32,000 nucleotides of DNA from assembly GCF_000341395.1 (NCBI RefSeq), contig NC_020304.1, positions 3,330,001 to 3,362,000 of the forward strand. Direction: 5' to 3'. Positions 10,183 to 19,185 of the stretch are shown here, in pieces. Below the pieces are notes generated by a model, which was not told where the DNA came from, did no database searches, and was given only the letters and a program-made list of their open reading frames with translations. The stretch is from Desulfocapsa sulfexigens DSM 10523 (GTDB taxonomy: Bacteria; Desulfobacterota; Desulfobulbia; Desulfobulbales; Desulfocapsaceae). Numbering within the stretch: position 1 is the first letter of the stretch; every line of letters begins with the position of its first letter. The position numbers and the translations under genes are program-made.

Positions 10183-10229
10183 AAAAAAAAAGGGCGGAGA
10201 AATCATTAATGATTCCTCCGCCTTTTTTT
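10183..10229. terminator. Bidirectional rho-independent terminator between convergent lepA and the Cys-rich CW gene
   Basis: A9 run, then GGCGGAGAAATCAT/ATGATTCCTCCGCC (about 14-bp stem with 1 mismatch, 10193-10222), then a T7 run (10223-10229). Confidence 0.8.
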
Positions 10230-10258
10230 ATCAATATTGACAAAACTGAGAAAACTCT

Positions 10259-10552
10259 CTATTCCTTAACTTCTCCCCTGGACTCACACTTTTCTTTTAA
10301 AGGACATTTCTTGTCACTCAATACGTCCACACCCTTCTGAGCCATAATACTCAACAGCTCTTCTTTGCTGAACTTTGAATTTTTCTGTTTAGACACATAA
10401 ACAAGACAATCCCTGCAGATATTAAACGAATACTTGTCAACTTCCTCAATTATTTCCCAGCAAAGCCTCGAAGAACTCTCTTTTGCGGGACATGTTTGAG
10501 ATTCACTACATTTCATGATTTCCCAGCACTGCCATTCAGAGCGAAGTGACAT
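10259..10552 (-). CDS. Small Cys-rich protein with two CWEI motifs (possible 'two-CW'-type metal-binding domain)
   Basis: 97 aa. AAGGAG lies 8 nt upstream of the ATG. Contains QCWEIMKC-x5-CP and LCWEIIEE...C..C, 9 Cys in total. The family assignment is from memory only. Confidence 0.6.
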   Translation of the reverse strand: MSLRSEWQCWEIMKCSESQTCPAKESSSRLCWEIIEEVDKYSFNICRDCLVYVSKQKNSKFSKEELLSIMAQKGVDVLSDKKCPLKEKCESRGEVKE

Positions 10553-10655
10553 AAGAAAGTCTCCTTACATGAATCGTTTTATCATATTACCTCATTGCTG
10601 AAGCAAAGGGCTTATAAGTACAAATGGGTATATATACCTACTACAAAAATTCAAC

Positions 10656-11243
10656 CTAGTCTATTTTAGCAAAAGATGCAAGAGCTCTCTCCAGCTCTTC
10701 CTTACCCATGCCTGTTTTTGCTGAAAAAAGAATACGTTGACTACTATGTATGGTATGTCCTGCATCTAGAATCGCGGCATTTTTCTGCCTCAGATTACCG
10801 GAAAGTTTATCCGCTTTGGTATATACCGGCAAGTAGTTGATACTGTGTTGTTTAAGCCATGAAATAAGTTGCGTATCCTGAACCTTGGCCTCATGTCGGA
10901 GATCCATAATGACAACAACACAGCAGAGGCTGGTTCGTGATTCAAGATAACTGCTGATTAAGGTTTGCCAGTTATCCTGCATTCCTCGTGACACTTTTGC
11001 AAAACCATATCCTGGGAGGTCAACGAGATAAGCCTCCTCGGAAATTTGAAAGAAATTCAACCCCTGGGTTTTACCAGGACGTCCACTGACCTTGACCATA
11101 CTTTTGCGGCCAACAAGAGTATTTATAAGAGAAGATTTACCAACGTTTGATCTGCCGGCAAACGCAATTTCCGGAAGCGTGGCCTCTGGAAGCTGAGTTA
11201 ACTTGTGAACACTCAGCAAGAATTTAATATCTATAAATTTCAT
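10656..11243 (-). CDS. engB: Ribosome-biogenesis GTPase EngB/YsxC/YihA
   Basis: G1 [13 protein letters not shown]3 DLPGYG and G4 TKADK. 195 aa. The ATG overlaps the hisG stop (ATGA at 11240-11243). Confidence 0.88.
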   Translation of the reverse strand: MKFIDIKFLLSVHKLTQLPEATLPEIAFAGRSNVGKSSLINTLVGRKSMVKVSGRPGKTQGLNFFQISEEAYLVDLPGYGFAKVSRGMQDNWQTLISSYLESRTSLCCVVVIMDLRHEAKVQDTQLISWLKQHSINYLPVYTKADKLSGNLRQKNAAILDAGHTIHSSQRILFSAKTGMGKEELERALASFAKID

Positions 11244-12112
11244 ATTACCTTACTTAAATGGTACTCAATTATCCCTTCTGCACCACCATTGGTGAGTGCC
11301 GGGATGAGATCGCGAACCACATCAGTTGCAACTACAGTCTCCACCGAAAACCAATCTGTATTATAGAGGGTTGCAACGGTTGGAGCATTGAGGCTTGGCA
11401 ACAACTCCATGATATCATTTAATTTGTTTTCAGGTACATTCATCTTCAACCCTACAATCCGTTCGGCATTCAAAGAACCTTGCAGCATAAGAGCGATATT
11501 TTTGATCTTTTCCCGTTTCCAGGGATCGTCCCAGGCATCTTTGTTGGCTATAAACTGGGTGTTAGATTCCATCAATTCGTGAATAATACGCAAACCATGC
11601 GCCCGTATGGTTGATTCAGTTTCCGTAACTTCAACTATAGCATCAACAAGGCCGGAGACGACCTTTGCCTCGGTTGCTCCCCATGAAAATTCAATCTCAA
11701 CGTCAATGTTTCTTTCGGCAAAAAAACGCTTACTGACATTTACAAGTTCAGTTGAAATCTTCTTCCCCTGAAGATCTTCGATACAGGTAATATCTGAATC
11801 CCCTTTCACTGCAATAATCCATCGTGTAGGTTTCCTGCTCACCTTTGAATAGACGAGTTCACTGACAAACACTGCATCCGAACCATTTTCAAGAGTCCAA
11901 TCTTTTCCGGTAATTCCCGCATCAAGCATTCCTGATTCAACATAACGTGACATTTCCTGAGGACGACAAATTGAACATGCCAGTTCCGGATCATCAATCT
12001 CGGGAAAATAATTTCGTGATTTTGGTTTAATCAGCCACCCTGCTTTTTCAAATAATTCAATGGTGGCCTTTTCCAGGCTTCCTTTTGGCAATCCGAGTTT
12101 TAACTGTTTCAT
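11240..12112 (-). CDS. hisG: ATP phosphoribosyltransferase, long form (HisG)
   Basis: [25 protein letters not shown]... and a C-terminal regulatory domain. The ATG at 12112 has GGAGAA upstream, whereas the track start at 12148 adds 12 unlikely residues. Confidence 0.88.
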   Translation of the reverse strand: MKQLKLGLPKGSLEKATIELFEKAGWLIKPKSRNYFPEIDDPELACSICRPQEMSRYVESGMLDAGITGKDWTLENGSDAVFVSELVYSKVSRKPTRWIIAVKGDSDITCIEDLQGKKISTELVNVSKRFFAERNIDVEIEFSWGATEAKVVSGLVDAIVEVTETESTIRAHGLRIIHELMESNTQFIANKDAWDDPWKREKIKNIALMLQGSLNAERIVGLKMNVPENKLNDIMELLPSLNAPTVATLYNTDWFSVETVVATDVVRDLIPALTNGGAEGIIEYHLSKVI

Positions 12113-12159
12113 GTTGTTCTCCAAACAATATATTACAACCTGTAACAAAACAGATTTTT

Positions 12160-12543
12160 TTATTTTTTTCCGTACACAGCGGAAGGATCAAAGACTTTTT
12201 CTCCAATTATGGTCAGGGAATCGTCGGTTACCCGTCGATAAAAACAGGAACCATACCCCTTATGACAGGCTGCTCCACCCAATTGGTCAACTTTAAAGAC
12301 AACGGTATCCTGATCACAATCAACTAAAACTTCGCGAATAAGCTGGACATGCCCGGAAGTTTCCCCTTTCAACCATAACATGTGTCTCGACCTGCTCCAG
12401 AAATGTGCTTTACCCGTCTGCAGGGTCTTTTCCCATGATTCCTGATTAATATAAGCAAGCATCAAAACATCTCCACTTAAATAATCCTGCACAATAGCCG
12501 GCAATAACCCATCCTTACTTTTTGCAAAATCAAGTTGTATCAT
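12160..12543 (-). CDS. hisI: Phosphoribosyl-AMP cyclohydrolase (monofunctional HisI)
   Basis: LLPAIVQD...WSRSR...W.KGETSG...DCDQD..........CH.G..SCF pattern. The ATG at 12543 is preferred over the GTG at 12549. Confidence 0.88.
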   Translation of the reverse strand: MIQLDFAKSKDGLLPAIVQDYLSGDVLMLAYINQESWEKTLQTGKAHFWSRSRHMLWLKGETSGHVQLIREVLVDCDQDTVVFKVDQLGGAACHKGYGSCFYRRVTDDSLTIIGEKVFDPSAVYGKK

Positions 12544-12545
12544 AA

Positions 12546-12716
12546 TCACTTCACCTGAGCATTTTTCTTAGCTTCACGGGTCTGTTCACGTTTTCGTTCT
12601 TTTTCCATGAAGCAAATCATACACGAAGTTCTAGTCTGACAATAGTCATTGGGATGACGACATTCAGCACTCTCTGAATCCATGGATTCTTTGAATTTTT
12701 CACAGATCAGTTTCAC
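12546..12716 (-). CDS. Unlisted small Cys-rich ORF (56 aa from GTG 12716; 45 aa from ATG 12683) abutting hisI
   Basis: Manual translation: (M)[59 protein letters not shown] lies 6 nt before the GTG. The stop TGA (12546-12548) sits 2 nt before the hisI ATG and overlaps the alternative GTG. It is below the 60-aa track cutoff. Confidence 0.35.
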   Translation of the reverse strand: MKLICEKFKESMDSESAECRHPNDYCQTRTSCMICFMEKERKREQTREAKKNAQVK

Positions 12717-12788
12717 ATCTCACTCCATAATAACATATACCCTGATGTCACCCGTGCGGATTTCATTTAAATAGTTCAAAACTTGAGC

Positions 12789-12817
12789 AATGTATGACCG
12801 TATCTGTAATTTGTCAA
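12789..12817 (-). promoter_or_regulatory. Sigma-70-type promoter candidate for the small-ORF/hisI/hisG/engB string
   Basis: Minus strand TTGACA (12812-12817), 17 nt, TACATT (12789-12794), about 70 nt upstream of the GTG at 12716. Confidence 0.3.
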
Positions 12818-13035
12818 GAAACAGCTTAAATGGGACGATATAAATGTTTCCGCTAAAATCAGGAAAAAGTAAGACCTCCAGATTAAACAAATGCCTCGAA
12901 ATCTTCCACTGGTTTCCCTACAAAGCATTGCCAAAGACATAATGATCGTTTAGATTATTGCACTCTTGAATCCGTAAAATCGAAGACACAACATATCATC
13001 TATAGTTATTTTTATTTTGGAGCAAAAGTTATTAT

Positions 13036-13485
13036 ATGAAACAAGTACAAAAAAATGATTCCGTCACCGTCACACTTGTTGGTACCTTAGACAATGGAAC
13101 CGTCTTTGAGAGCGTAGAAAAAAGTGCCCCACTTGTTTTAACACTTGGTGTTGAAGGTGTTCCCAAGCCAATACAGAGAACTCTTGTCGGAATGCAGGTA
13201 GGCGAAATGCGAAGAGTTCGACTTGATGCTGAGGAAGGCGAGTTTGGCATACGCCGTAGCGATCTTTTACAGGAAATTCCTAAAAATCAATTTTCCAAAA
13301 CAATCGAACCAAAGGTGGGACTCGTGCTTTCCATGAATGTTGATAGTGGTGGTGTGACTCATCAGGTTCCTGCAACCATTGTTGAATTGAAAGAAAACAG
13401 CATAATGATTGACTACAACCACCCCCTTGCAGGACATCCTCTGAATTATGAAATTACCGTTATTGAGATAAACGGTGAGTCGTAA
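13036..13485 (+). CDS. FKBP-type peptidyl-prolyl cis-trans isomerase (SlyD/FkpB-like)
   Basis: VTLVGTLDNGTVFES and DYNHPLAGHPLNYEITVIEI are typical of short FKBP/SlyD proteins. 149 aa. Confidence 0.85.
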   Translation: MKQVQKNDSVTVTLVGTLDNGTVFESVEKSAPLVLTLGVEGVPKPIQRTLVGMQVGEMRRVRLDAEEGEFGIRRSDLLQEIPKNQFSKTIEPKVGLVLSMNVDSGGVTHQVPATIVELKENSIMIDYNHPLAGHPLNYEITVIEINGES

Positions 13486-13767
13486 TTGATATTTTTTTTA
13501 AGTATTCCTTTCTATCATCTCGGCCAATCCCACTCTCATTCACCGCTATTTTTTTTAGCATCAAGTCGATGAACGAGAGTGGCATGCATCTTTATGTTAA
13601 TTTTCATCACTGTCTTTCATTTTTTTTTGAAAATTCCCTGTACATTCGATAAGTGCAACGTATAGAATAAAAAGCAATAATTGATTTGAATTTTAACTTA
13701 CACAAGCGATTGAGGTTTTTATTTTTCCTCAACGACTTCCCTACTTTCTTTTTGGAAGGAGCAGGTT

Positions 13768-16647
13768 ATGCAAATAGAAGATGATGAAATACTCCAGGGT
13801 TTTATAGAAGAATCACTTGAACATCTCGCCGATATTGAAAATGATCTCCTGGCAATTGAAGAAAATGGAGTAGATATTGACGAGGATCTCGTTAACAAGG
13901 TTTTCCGGGCAGCGCATTCCATAAAAGGTGGAGCTGGCTTTATGGGACTGACTGTCATCCAGGATTTATCCCATGTTATGGAAAATGTCCTTGGACTTAT
14001 TCGTAGTAGAAAACTCACCCCAACCCCAGAGATCATTAATGTTCTTCTCCAGGCATCTGACAAACTCAACACTATGATAGAGGATGTCAGTAATTCCAAC
14101 GAGTACGACATTGAAGAGCATCTCACTCCACTCAATGCCATTTATAATGGTGATTTCACGCAGGAAACTCCAGAAGAGCCCTCTACACCTGCTCAGGAAA
14201 CACCCCCTGAACCCGAGCCTCCAGTTCAGGCAGCTCAACCAGAACCACAATCTGAACCTGAGCCCGAGCCAGATCCTGAACCTGAGCCTGAGCCTGTTCC
14301 TGAAGTCAGTGTCGCAGCACCAAGCCCGGAACCAGCCCCAACCCCAAAAGCTACTGTAACTGCTCCACAGCCTCCTGAAACAAAGGCGGCACCACCCAAA
14401 AAAGCAGCTTCCAAGGTGAAAGTTGACACAAGCATCAGAGTTCATGTAAGTCTCCTCGATTCCTTAATGACTCTTGCAGGAGAGCTGGTACTCAGCAGAA
14501 ATCAGCTTCTTCAGACCATCTCTTCCGGAGACTCACAAAGTGCTGAAAGCGTTGGCCAACGAATCGATCTCATCACCTCCGAATTGCAGGAGGCTATCAT
14601 GCTCACGCGAATGCAACCCATCGGGAATGTTTTTGGTAAGTTCCCACGCGTTGTTCGGGACCTTTCAAGTAAACTCAAGAAACAGATTGATCTCACCATT
14701 GTTGGTAAAGATGTAGAACTTGATAAAACAATCATTGAATCTATAAATGACCCACTTACTCATCTTATTCGTAACTCTGTTGATCATGGTATCGAACTCC
14801 CTGAAGACCGTACCAAAGTAGGCAAAAAGGCAACGGGACTCGTAGTCCTGAAAGCGTATCATGCCGCCGGACAGGTTGTTATTGAAATCAGTGATGATGG
14901 TAAGGGTCTAGATGGTGAAGTTCTTGCTGAAACTGCAATACACAAAGGATTGATCACCCCCGAACAGGCCCAACTGATGTCGGACAAGGAAAAGGTCAAC
15001 CTTATCCTTCTGCCTGGTTTCTCCACTGCCAAGGAAGTCACCGATGTTTCCGGTCGTGGCGTTGGAATGGATGTGGTTAAAACCAATCTGGACCAGTTAG
15101 GTGGCCAAGTTGACATCGTTTCTGAAGTGGGTCAGGGAACAACAATTTTCATTAAACTTCCACTGACACTCGCCATTATACCATGCCAGATCATTGTGAC
15201 CGGTGGAGAACGGTATGCCATTCCACAAGTAAACCTTGAGGAACTTCTTCGAATCCCTGCAACACAGGTGAAGGATCGCATTGAACGTGTGGGCAACGCA
15301 GAGGTTGTTCGACTTCGTGGCAACCTTCTGCCTCTTATCAGATTGTCAGATGTTCTCGGCATAAACAGAACATATTTCGATCTGCAGGAAGAAGAGTTCA
15401 AACTGGATCGCAGAGAAAGAATCTCTGACCGTAGGGGGAGGGAGACCCCGCTTGACTCTGCTGAGAAAAATGTTCGCCCGGCAAAAGAAGACAGCTCTGA
15501 AGCTGGAGAACGATCCGTCTCCGATAGACGCTATACCGCTTCCAGTGCCCTTAATATCGTTGTTGTATCAAACGGTACTATGAAATATGGACTTATAGTA
15601 GACAAACTCCAGGATTCAGAAGAAATAGTCATCAAACCACTTGGAAAGCACCTCCAGGGATGCAAGGGGTATGCTGGTGCAACCATTATGGGTGATGGGC
15701 GTATCGCGCTTATCCTCGATGTTGCAAACCTTGCGATTATGGCTGAACTCACGTCAATAGATGGTTCCGACAGGGCAAATGAAGTTGCTCAGGCCGCTGC
15801 GGATCTTGTCAGAGCACAGAAAGACAAGCAGGCCCTCCTGACTTTTAGAAGTTCTGAGCGAGAGCAATTCGCAGTACCACTCAATCAGGTTGAACGAATC
15901 GAGAAAATCAAACGTTCAGACATTGAAGAACTCGGTGGTAAACGTGTCATGCAGTATCGTGGAGGAAGCCTTTCACTAATTGCCGTTGATGATGTTGCCA
16001 TGGTTCAACCCATTGCCGACTGTGACGATCTTCTTGTAATAGTCTTTAATATTGCAAATCAACTCGTCGGACTCCTTGCAATAGGGCCAATAGATGCCAT
16101 TGAAATATCCGTATCCGTTGACGATGTCACCCTCAAGCAACCAGGAGTTATGGGATCCACCATTATCGATCGCCAGACAACTATGCTCATCGATATCTTT
16201 GAAATTGTTGGCGCCCTGTTCCCCGAATGGTTTGAAAATCAGGAAGTTTTTGAAGCTCCTGAAGAGGGAACCGTTCCAACCATCCTTATCGCTGAAGATT
16301 CAAATTTTTTCAGAAACCAGGTCAAGAACTATATGACCGAATCTGGATATGATGTTCTTGAAGGTGAGGATGGGGCCATTGCCTGGGAATTACTGCAGGA
16401 ACATGGCGACGAGGTAACCATCGTCGTCACGGACATTGAAATGCCAAATATGAATGGCTTTGAACTCACTGAGACGATACGCAAAGACTCCCGCTTTTCA
16501 AAAATACCCATTATAGCTCTCACCACACTTGCTGGGGAAGAAGATGTAGCAAAGGGAAAAGCCGTTGGGGTTGACGAATATCATATTAAACTTGATAAAG
16601 AGAAACTGATGGCGTCTGTTCATCACTATGTAAAACAACATCATTAA
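13768..16647 (+). CDS. cheA: Hybrid chemotaxis histidine kinase CheA: Hpt, Pro/Glu-rich linker, dimerisation, HATPase, two CheW-like domains, C-terminal receiver
   Basis: Hpt FRAAHSIKGGAGFMGL; N-box DPLTHLIRNSVDHGIE; G1 DDGKGLD; G2 GRGVGMDVV; two CheW-like regions (about aa 470-680 and 690-830); REC ILIAEDSNFF...VVTDIEMPNMNGFEL. GGAGCAGGTT precedes the ATG. Confidence 0.92.
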   Translation: MQIEDDEILQGFIEESLEHLADIENDLLAIEENGVDIDEDLVNKVFRAAHSIKGGAGFMGLTVIQDLSHVMENVLGLIRSRKLTPTPEIINVLLQASDKLNTMIEDVSNSNEYDIEEHLTPLNAIYNGDFTQETPEEPSTPAQETPPEPEPPVQAAQPEPQSEPEPEPDPEPEPEPVPEVSVAAPSPEPAPTPKATVTAPQPPETKAAPPKKAASKVKVDTSIRVHVSLLDSLMTLAGELVLSRNQLLQTISSGDSQSAESVGQRIDLITSELQEAIMLTRMQPIGNVFGKFPRVVRDLSSKLKKQIDLTIVGKDVELDKTIIESINDPLTHLIRNSVDHGIELPEDRTKVGKKATGLVVLKAYHAAGQVVIEISDDGKGLDGEVLAETAIHKGLITPEQAQLMSDKEKVNLILLPGFSTAKEVTDVSGRGVGMDVVKTNLDQLGGQVDIVSEVGQGTTIFIKLPLTLAIIPCQIIVTGGERYAIPQVNLEELLRIPATQVKDRIERVGNAEVVRLRGNLLPLIRLSDVLGINRTYFDLQEEEFKLDRRERISDRRGRETPLDSAEKNVRPAKEDSSEAGERSVSDRRYTASSALNIVVVSNGTMKYGLIVDKLQDSEEIVIKPLGKHLQGCKGYAGATIMGDGRIALILDVANLAIMAELTSIDGSDRANEVAQAAADLVRAQKDKQALLTFRSSEREQFAVPLNQVERIEKIKRSDIEELGGKRVMQYRGGSLSLIAVDDVAMVQPIADCDDLLVIVFNIANQLVGLLAIGPIDAIEISVSVDDVTLKQPGVMGSTIIDRQTTMLIDIFEIVGALFPEWFENQEVFEAPEEGTVPTILIAEDSNFFRNQVKNYMTESGYDVLEGEDGAIAWELLQEHGDEVTIVVTDIEMPNMNGFELTETIRKDSRFSKIPIIALTTLAGEEDVAKGKAVGVDEYHIKLDKEKLMASVHHYVKQHH
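14254..14301 (+). repeat. Imperfect hexanucleotide (GANCCN)x8 tandem repeat encoding EPEPEPDPEPEPEPVP within the CheA linker
   Basis: Read directly: gaacct gagccc gagcca gatcct gaacct gagcct gagcct gttcct. Confidence 0.9.
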
Positions 16648-16686
16648 AATACTATTTTTATACTTTTCTCATTAGGAGAATGATAC

Positions 16687-17148
16687 ATGGCTAAAGAACA
16701 ACCTGCTGTCAATAAAAAACTTGTTGAACTTGCAACTTTCCTTGTCGGTGATGCACTCTGCGGAATGGATATTCTTAAAATCCAAGAAATCAACAAACTG
16801 ATTGACATGACCACCGTACCCCAGGCACCAAACTATGTTCTTGGAATATTAAATCTCCGAGGTCAAATTATTACCAGTATTGATCTCAGCAAAAAACTCG
16901 GACTTGGAGTTACCAATCTTTCCGATGATCCCAGAAATATCATCGTTAACTCAAAAGGTGAGCATATCGGACTGCTTGTAAAAAAGATAAGCGACGTTGT
17001 TCAGGCCGACACAGATAAGTTTGAACCACCGCCCGCTAACATGGGAGGTATTCAGGGAGATTATTTCACCGGGGTTTACAAAACTGTGGACAAATTGATT
17101 GGCATTCTCGATGTGGAGAAGGTTTTGCGGCTTGATGAGAGAAAATAA
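16687..17148 (+). CDS. cheW: Chemotaxis coupling protein CheW
   Basis: 153 aa single CheW domain (FLVGDALCGMDILKIQEI..., GILNLRGQIITSIDL). AGGAGA RBS. Confidence 0.9.
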   Translation: MAKEQPAVNKKLVELATFLVGDALCGMDILKIQEINKLIDMTTVPQAPNYVLGILNLRGQIITSIDLSKKLGLGVTNLSDDPRNIIVNSKGEHIGLLVKKISDVVQADTDKFEPPPANMGGIQGDYFTGVYKTVDKLIGILDVEKVLRLDERK

Positions 17149-18299
17149 TGCTGATAGGTAAGAAGTTACGAGTTTTAGTTGTTGATGATACCATCGTTTA
17201 CCGAAAAGCAGTTTCTGATGTTCTTGCTGAAATCCCAGGTGTTGAAGTCGTAGGCGTTGCCCATAATGGTAAAATTGCCATGTCCAAGGTTGCAACTCTG
17301 AAGCCCGATTTACTCACACTTGATATTGAGATGCCAGAAATGAATGGCATTGAAGTTTTGAGTGCACTGCAAAGCAACTATCCAAGCATTGGTGCTGTAA
17401 TGGTCTCCACCCTGACTTCAGACGGTGGTGTGATGACTATGAAAGCGCTTGAACTTGGAGCTTTTGATTTTATCCTTAAACCAACTGCCAAGAATCCTGC
17501 CGAAAGCAAAAAACAGCTGAAAGACGCACTCACACCAATTATCAACGAATTTAAGAAATCCAAAAACGCACCTTCCCTTTTACGCAATAAGGGACAATTC
17601 ACCAAAACTCCTGGTACCGTTCTCAGAAAACCACTCAAACCCCTTTCAGCAGCACGCCCTGGCCTCAAATCCGCCGACAACAAACCCGACGTCCCTAAAG
17701 GCAAACTTGCTGTAAGAAGAGGTAAATCAGAAATTATTGCCATTGGAATATCAACTGGTGGCCCTAATGCATTGACTCAGATGCTTCCGATGTTACCTGG
17801 GAATCTTGGCGTTCCCATTGTTATTGTCCAGCATATGCCACCAGTATTTACCAAATCCCTTGCCTCAAGCCTGAATGCAAAATGTGCCCTTCTGGTTAAA
17901 GAGGCTGAAGATCGTGAAGATCTTCAAATCAACACCGTTTATATTGCACCTGGCGGAAAACAGATGAAACTGATTGCCAGTGCCGACGGAATGAACAGAC
18001 AAATAAAAATAACCAACGACCCACCCGAAAACTCTTGCAGGCCATCGGCCGATTACCTTTTTAGATCTGTTGGCGATTATTATGTTGGACGAACAACTGC
18101 TGTTATCATGACAGGTATGGGTTCGGACGGTTCCAAAGGGCTGGAGATCTTAAGTCAGAAAGGTGCCACCATAATAGCTCAGAACGAAGACACCTGTGTA
18201 GTTTTTGGGATGCCAAAAAAACCTATCGAATCTGGAATAGCAGACAGAATTGTCCCCTTGAACAAAATTGCAGACGAAATTGTAAAAAGCGTTCGTTAA
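17148..18299 (+). CDS. cheB: Chemotaxis response-regulator protein-glutamate methylesterase CheB
   Basis: REC (VLVVDD...LDIEMPEMNG), a long basic linker and an esterase domain (IGISTGGPNAL, VQHMP, MTGMGSDG). TAATG overlap with cheW. Confidence 0.9.
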   Translation: MLIGKKLRVLVVDDTIVYRKAVSDVLAEIPGVEVVGVAHNGKIAMSKVATLKPDLLTLDIEMPEMNGIEVLSALQSNYPSIGAVMVSTLTSDGGVMTMKALELGAFDFILKPTAKNPAESKKQLKDALTPIINEFKKSKNAPSLLRNKGQFTKTPGTVLRKPLKPLSAARPGLKSADNKPDVPKGKLAVRRGKSEIIAIGISTGGPNALTQMLPMLPGNLGVPIVIVQHMPPVFTKSLASSLNAKCALLVKEAEDREDLQINTVYIAPGGKQMKLIASADGMNRQIKITNDPPENSCRPSADYLFRSVGDYYVGRTTAVIMTGMGSDGSKGLEILSQKGATIIAQNEDTCVVFGMPKKPIESGIADRIVPLNKIADEIVKSVR

Positions 18300-18333
18300 T
18301 TCTACATTAAAAAATGGCTTTCACTACTAGACA

Positions 18334-19176
18334 ATGCTGAAGATTACGCCTGCAGAGCTTAAGATAATATCTCAATATATCCATGAAATATCGGGTATAT
18401 ATCTTGATCAGAGCAAGTCGTATCTCTTTGAGACAAGGCTTTCCTCCATTGCGGAGGAACTTGGCTGTACATCTTACCAGGAGCTCCACACCAAAGCAAA
18501 AAGAGATCCTGCCAAGGTTATTGAGCGTCAGATTATTGATGCCATATCCACTAATGAAACCCTGTTTTTCAGAGATACTGGCCCATTTGAACTTCTCAAA
18601 CATAAAATATTACCAGAGGTCATTGATCTCCGAGCTCCCAGTTCTCCAAGATTAAAAACTAATATTAAAATATGGAGTGCCGCCTCATCCACTGGTCAGG
18701 AACTTTATTCAGTGGCTATGACTATCAAAGATCTTCTCGGCAACCAGATGAACAATTTCAACCTCAAACTTCTTGGCACAGACATTTCAGATAGTGCTGT
18801 CAAACAGGCAAGCTATGGCAAGTACAACAAATTTGAAATTGAACGTGGTCTTCCACGCCAAACACTTCAAAAACATTTCACCTTATTTGGGGATAGCTGG
18901 AAGATCAAAGATGAACTGCGTGCTATGGTTAATTTCCGGAAATTAAATCTTATGCTCCCCTTTGCAGGTCTTGGTAAATTCGACATTATCCTTTGCCGGA
19001 ATGTTGCCATCTATTTTACTCTTGCCGATCGAAAAAAACTCTTCAACAAATTGGCTGACAGTCTTGCTGATGATGGCTATCTGATAATAGGTTCAACCGA
19101 ATCGCTCACTGGTATCTGTCCTCGCTTTGTACCCAAAAGACATTTGCGGGCTATTTTTTACCAGAAAAAAAATTGA
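18334..19176 (+). CDS. cheR: Chemotaxis protein methyltransferase CheR
   Basis: ISTNETLFFRD, IWSAASSTGQELYSVAM and ILCRNVAIYF motifs. 280 aa. Confidence 0.9.
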   Translation: MLKITPAELKIISQYIHEISGIYLDQSKSYLFETRLSSIAEELGCTSYQELHTKAKRDPAKVIERQIIDAISTNETLFFRDTGPFELLKHKILPEVIDLRAPSSPRLKTNIKIWSAASSTGQELYSVAMTIKDLLGNQMNNFNLKLLGTDISDSAVKQASYGKYNKFEIERGLPRQTLQKHFTLFGDSWKIKDELRAMVNFRKLNLMLPFAGLGKFDIILCRNVAIYFTLADRKKLFNKLADSLADDGYLIIGSTESLTGICPRFVPKRHLRAIFYQKKN

Positions 19177-19185
19177 GGTACTGTG

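Noticed and set aside
12546-12716. His-operon leader peptide / attenuator interpretation of the micro-ORF upstream of hisI
   Set aside because: There is no run of His codons and no alternative terminator/antiterminator hairpins. It is treated as a possible small protein instead.
13629-13652. Possible sigma-28 (FliA) promoter upstream of cheA, based on TTCGATAA
   Set aside because: The -10-like CGATAA is present, but no TAAA lies at the required 15-nt distance. The nearest GAAA is 3 nt out of register.
13719-16526. Numerous 65-160 aa ORFs antisense or out of frame within cheA, including the GSGSGS-rich ORF 14235..14435 and 13966..14445
   Set aside because: They are shadows of the CheA frame. 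The repetitive ones simply mirror the (EP)n hexanucleotide repeat. No RBS or recognisable motifs.
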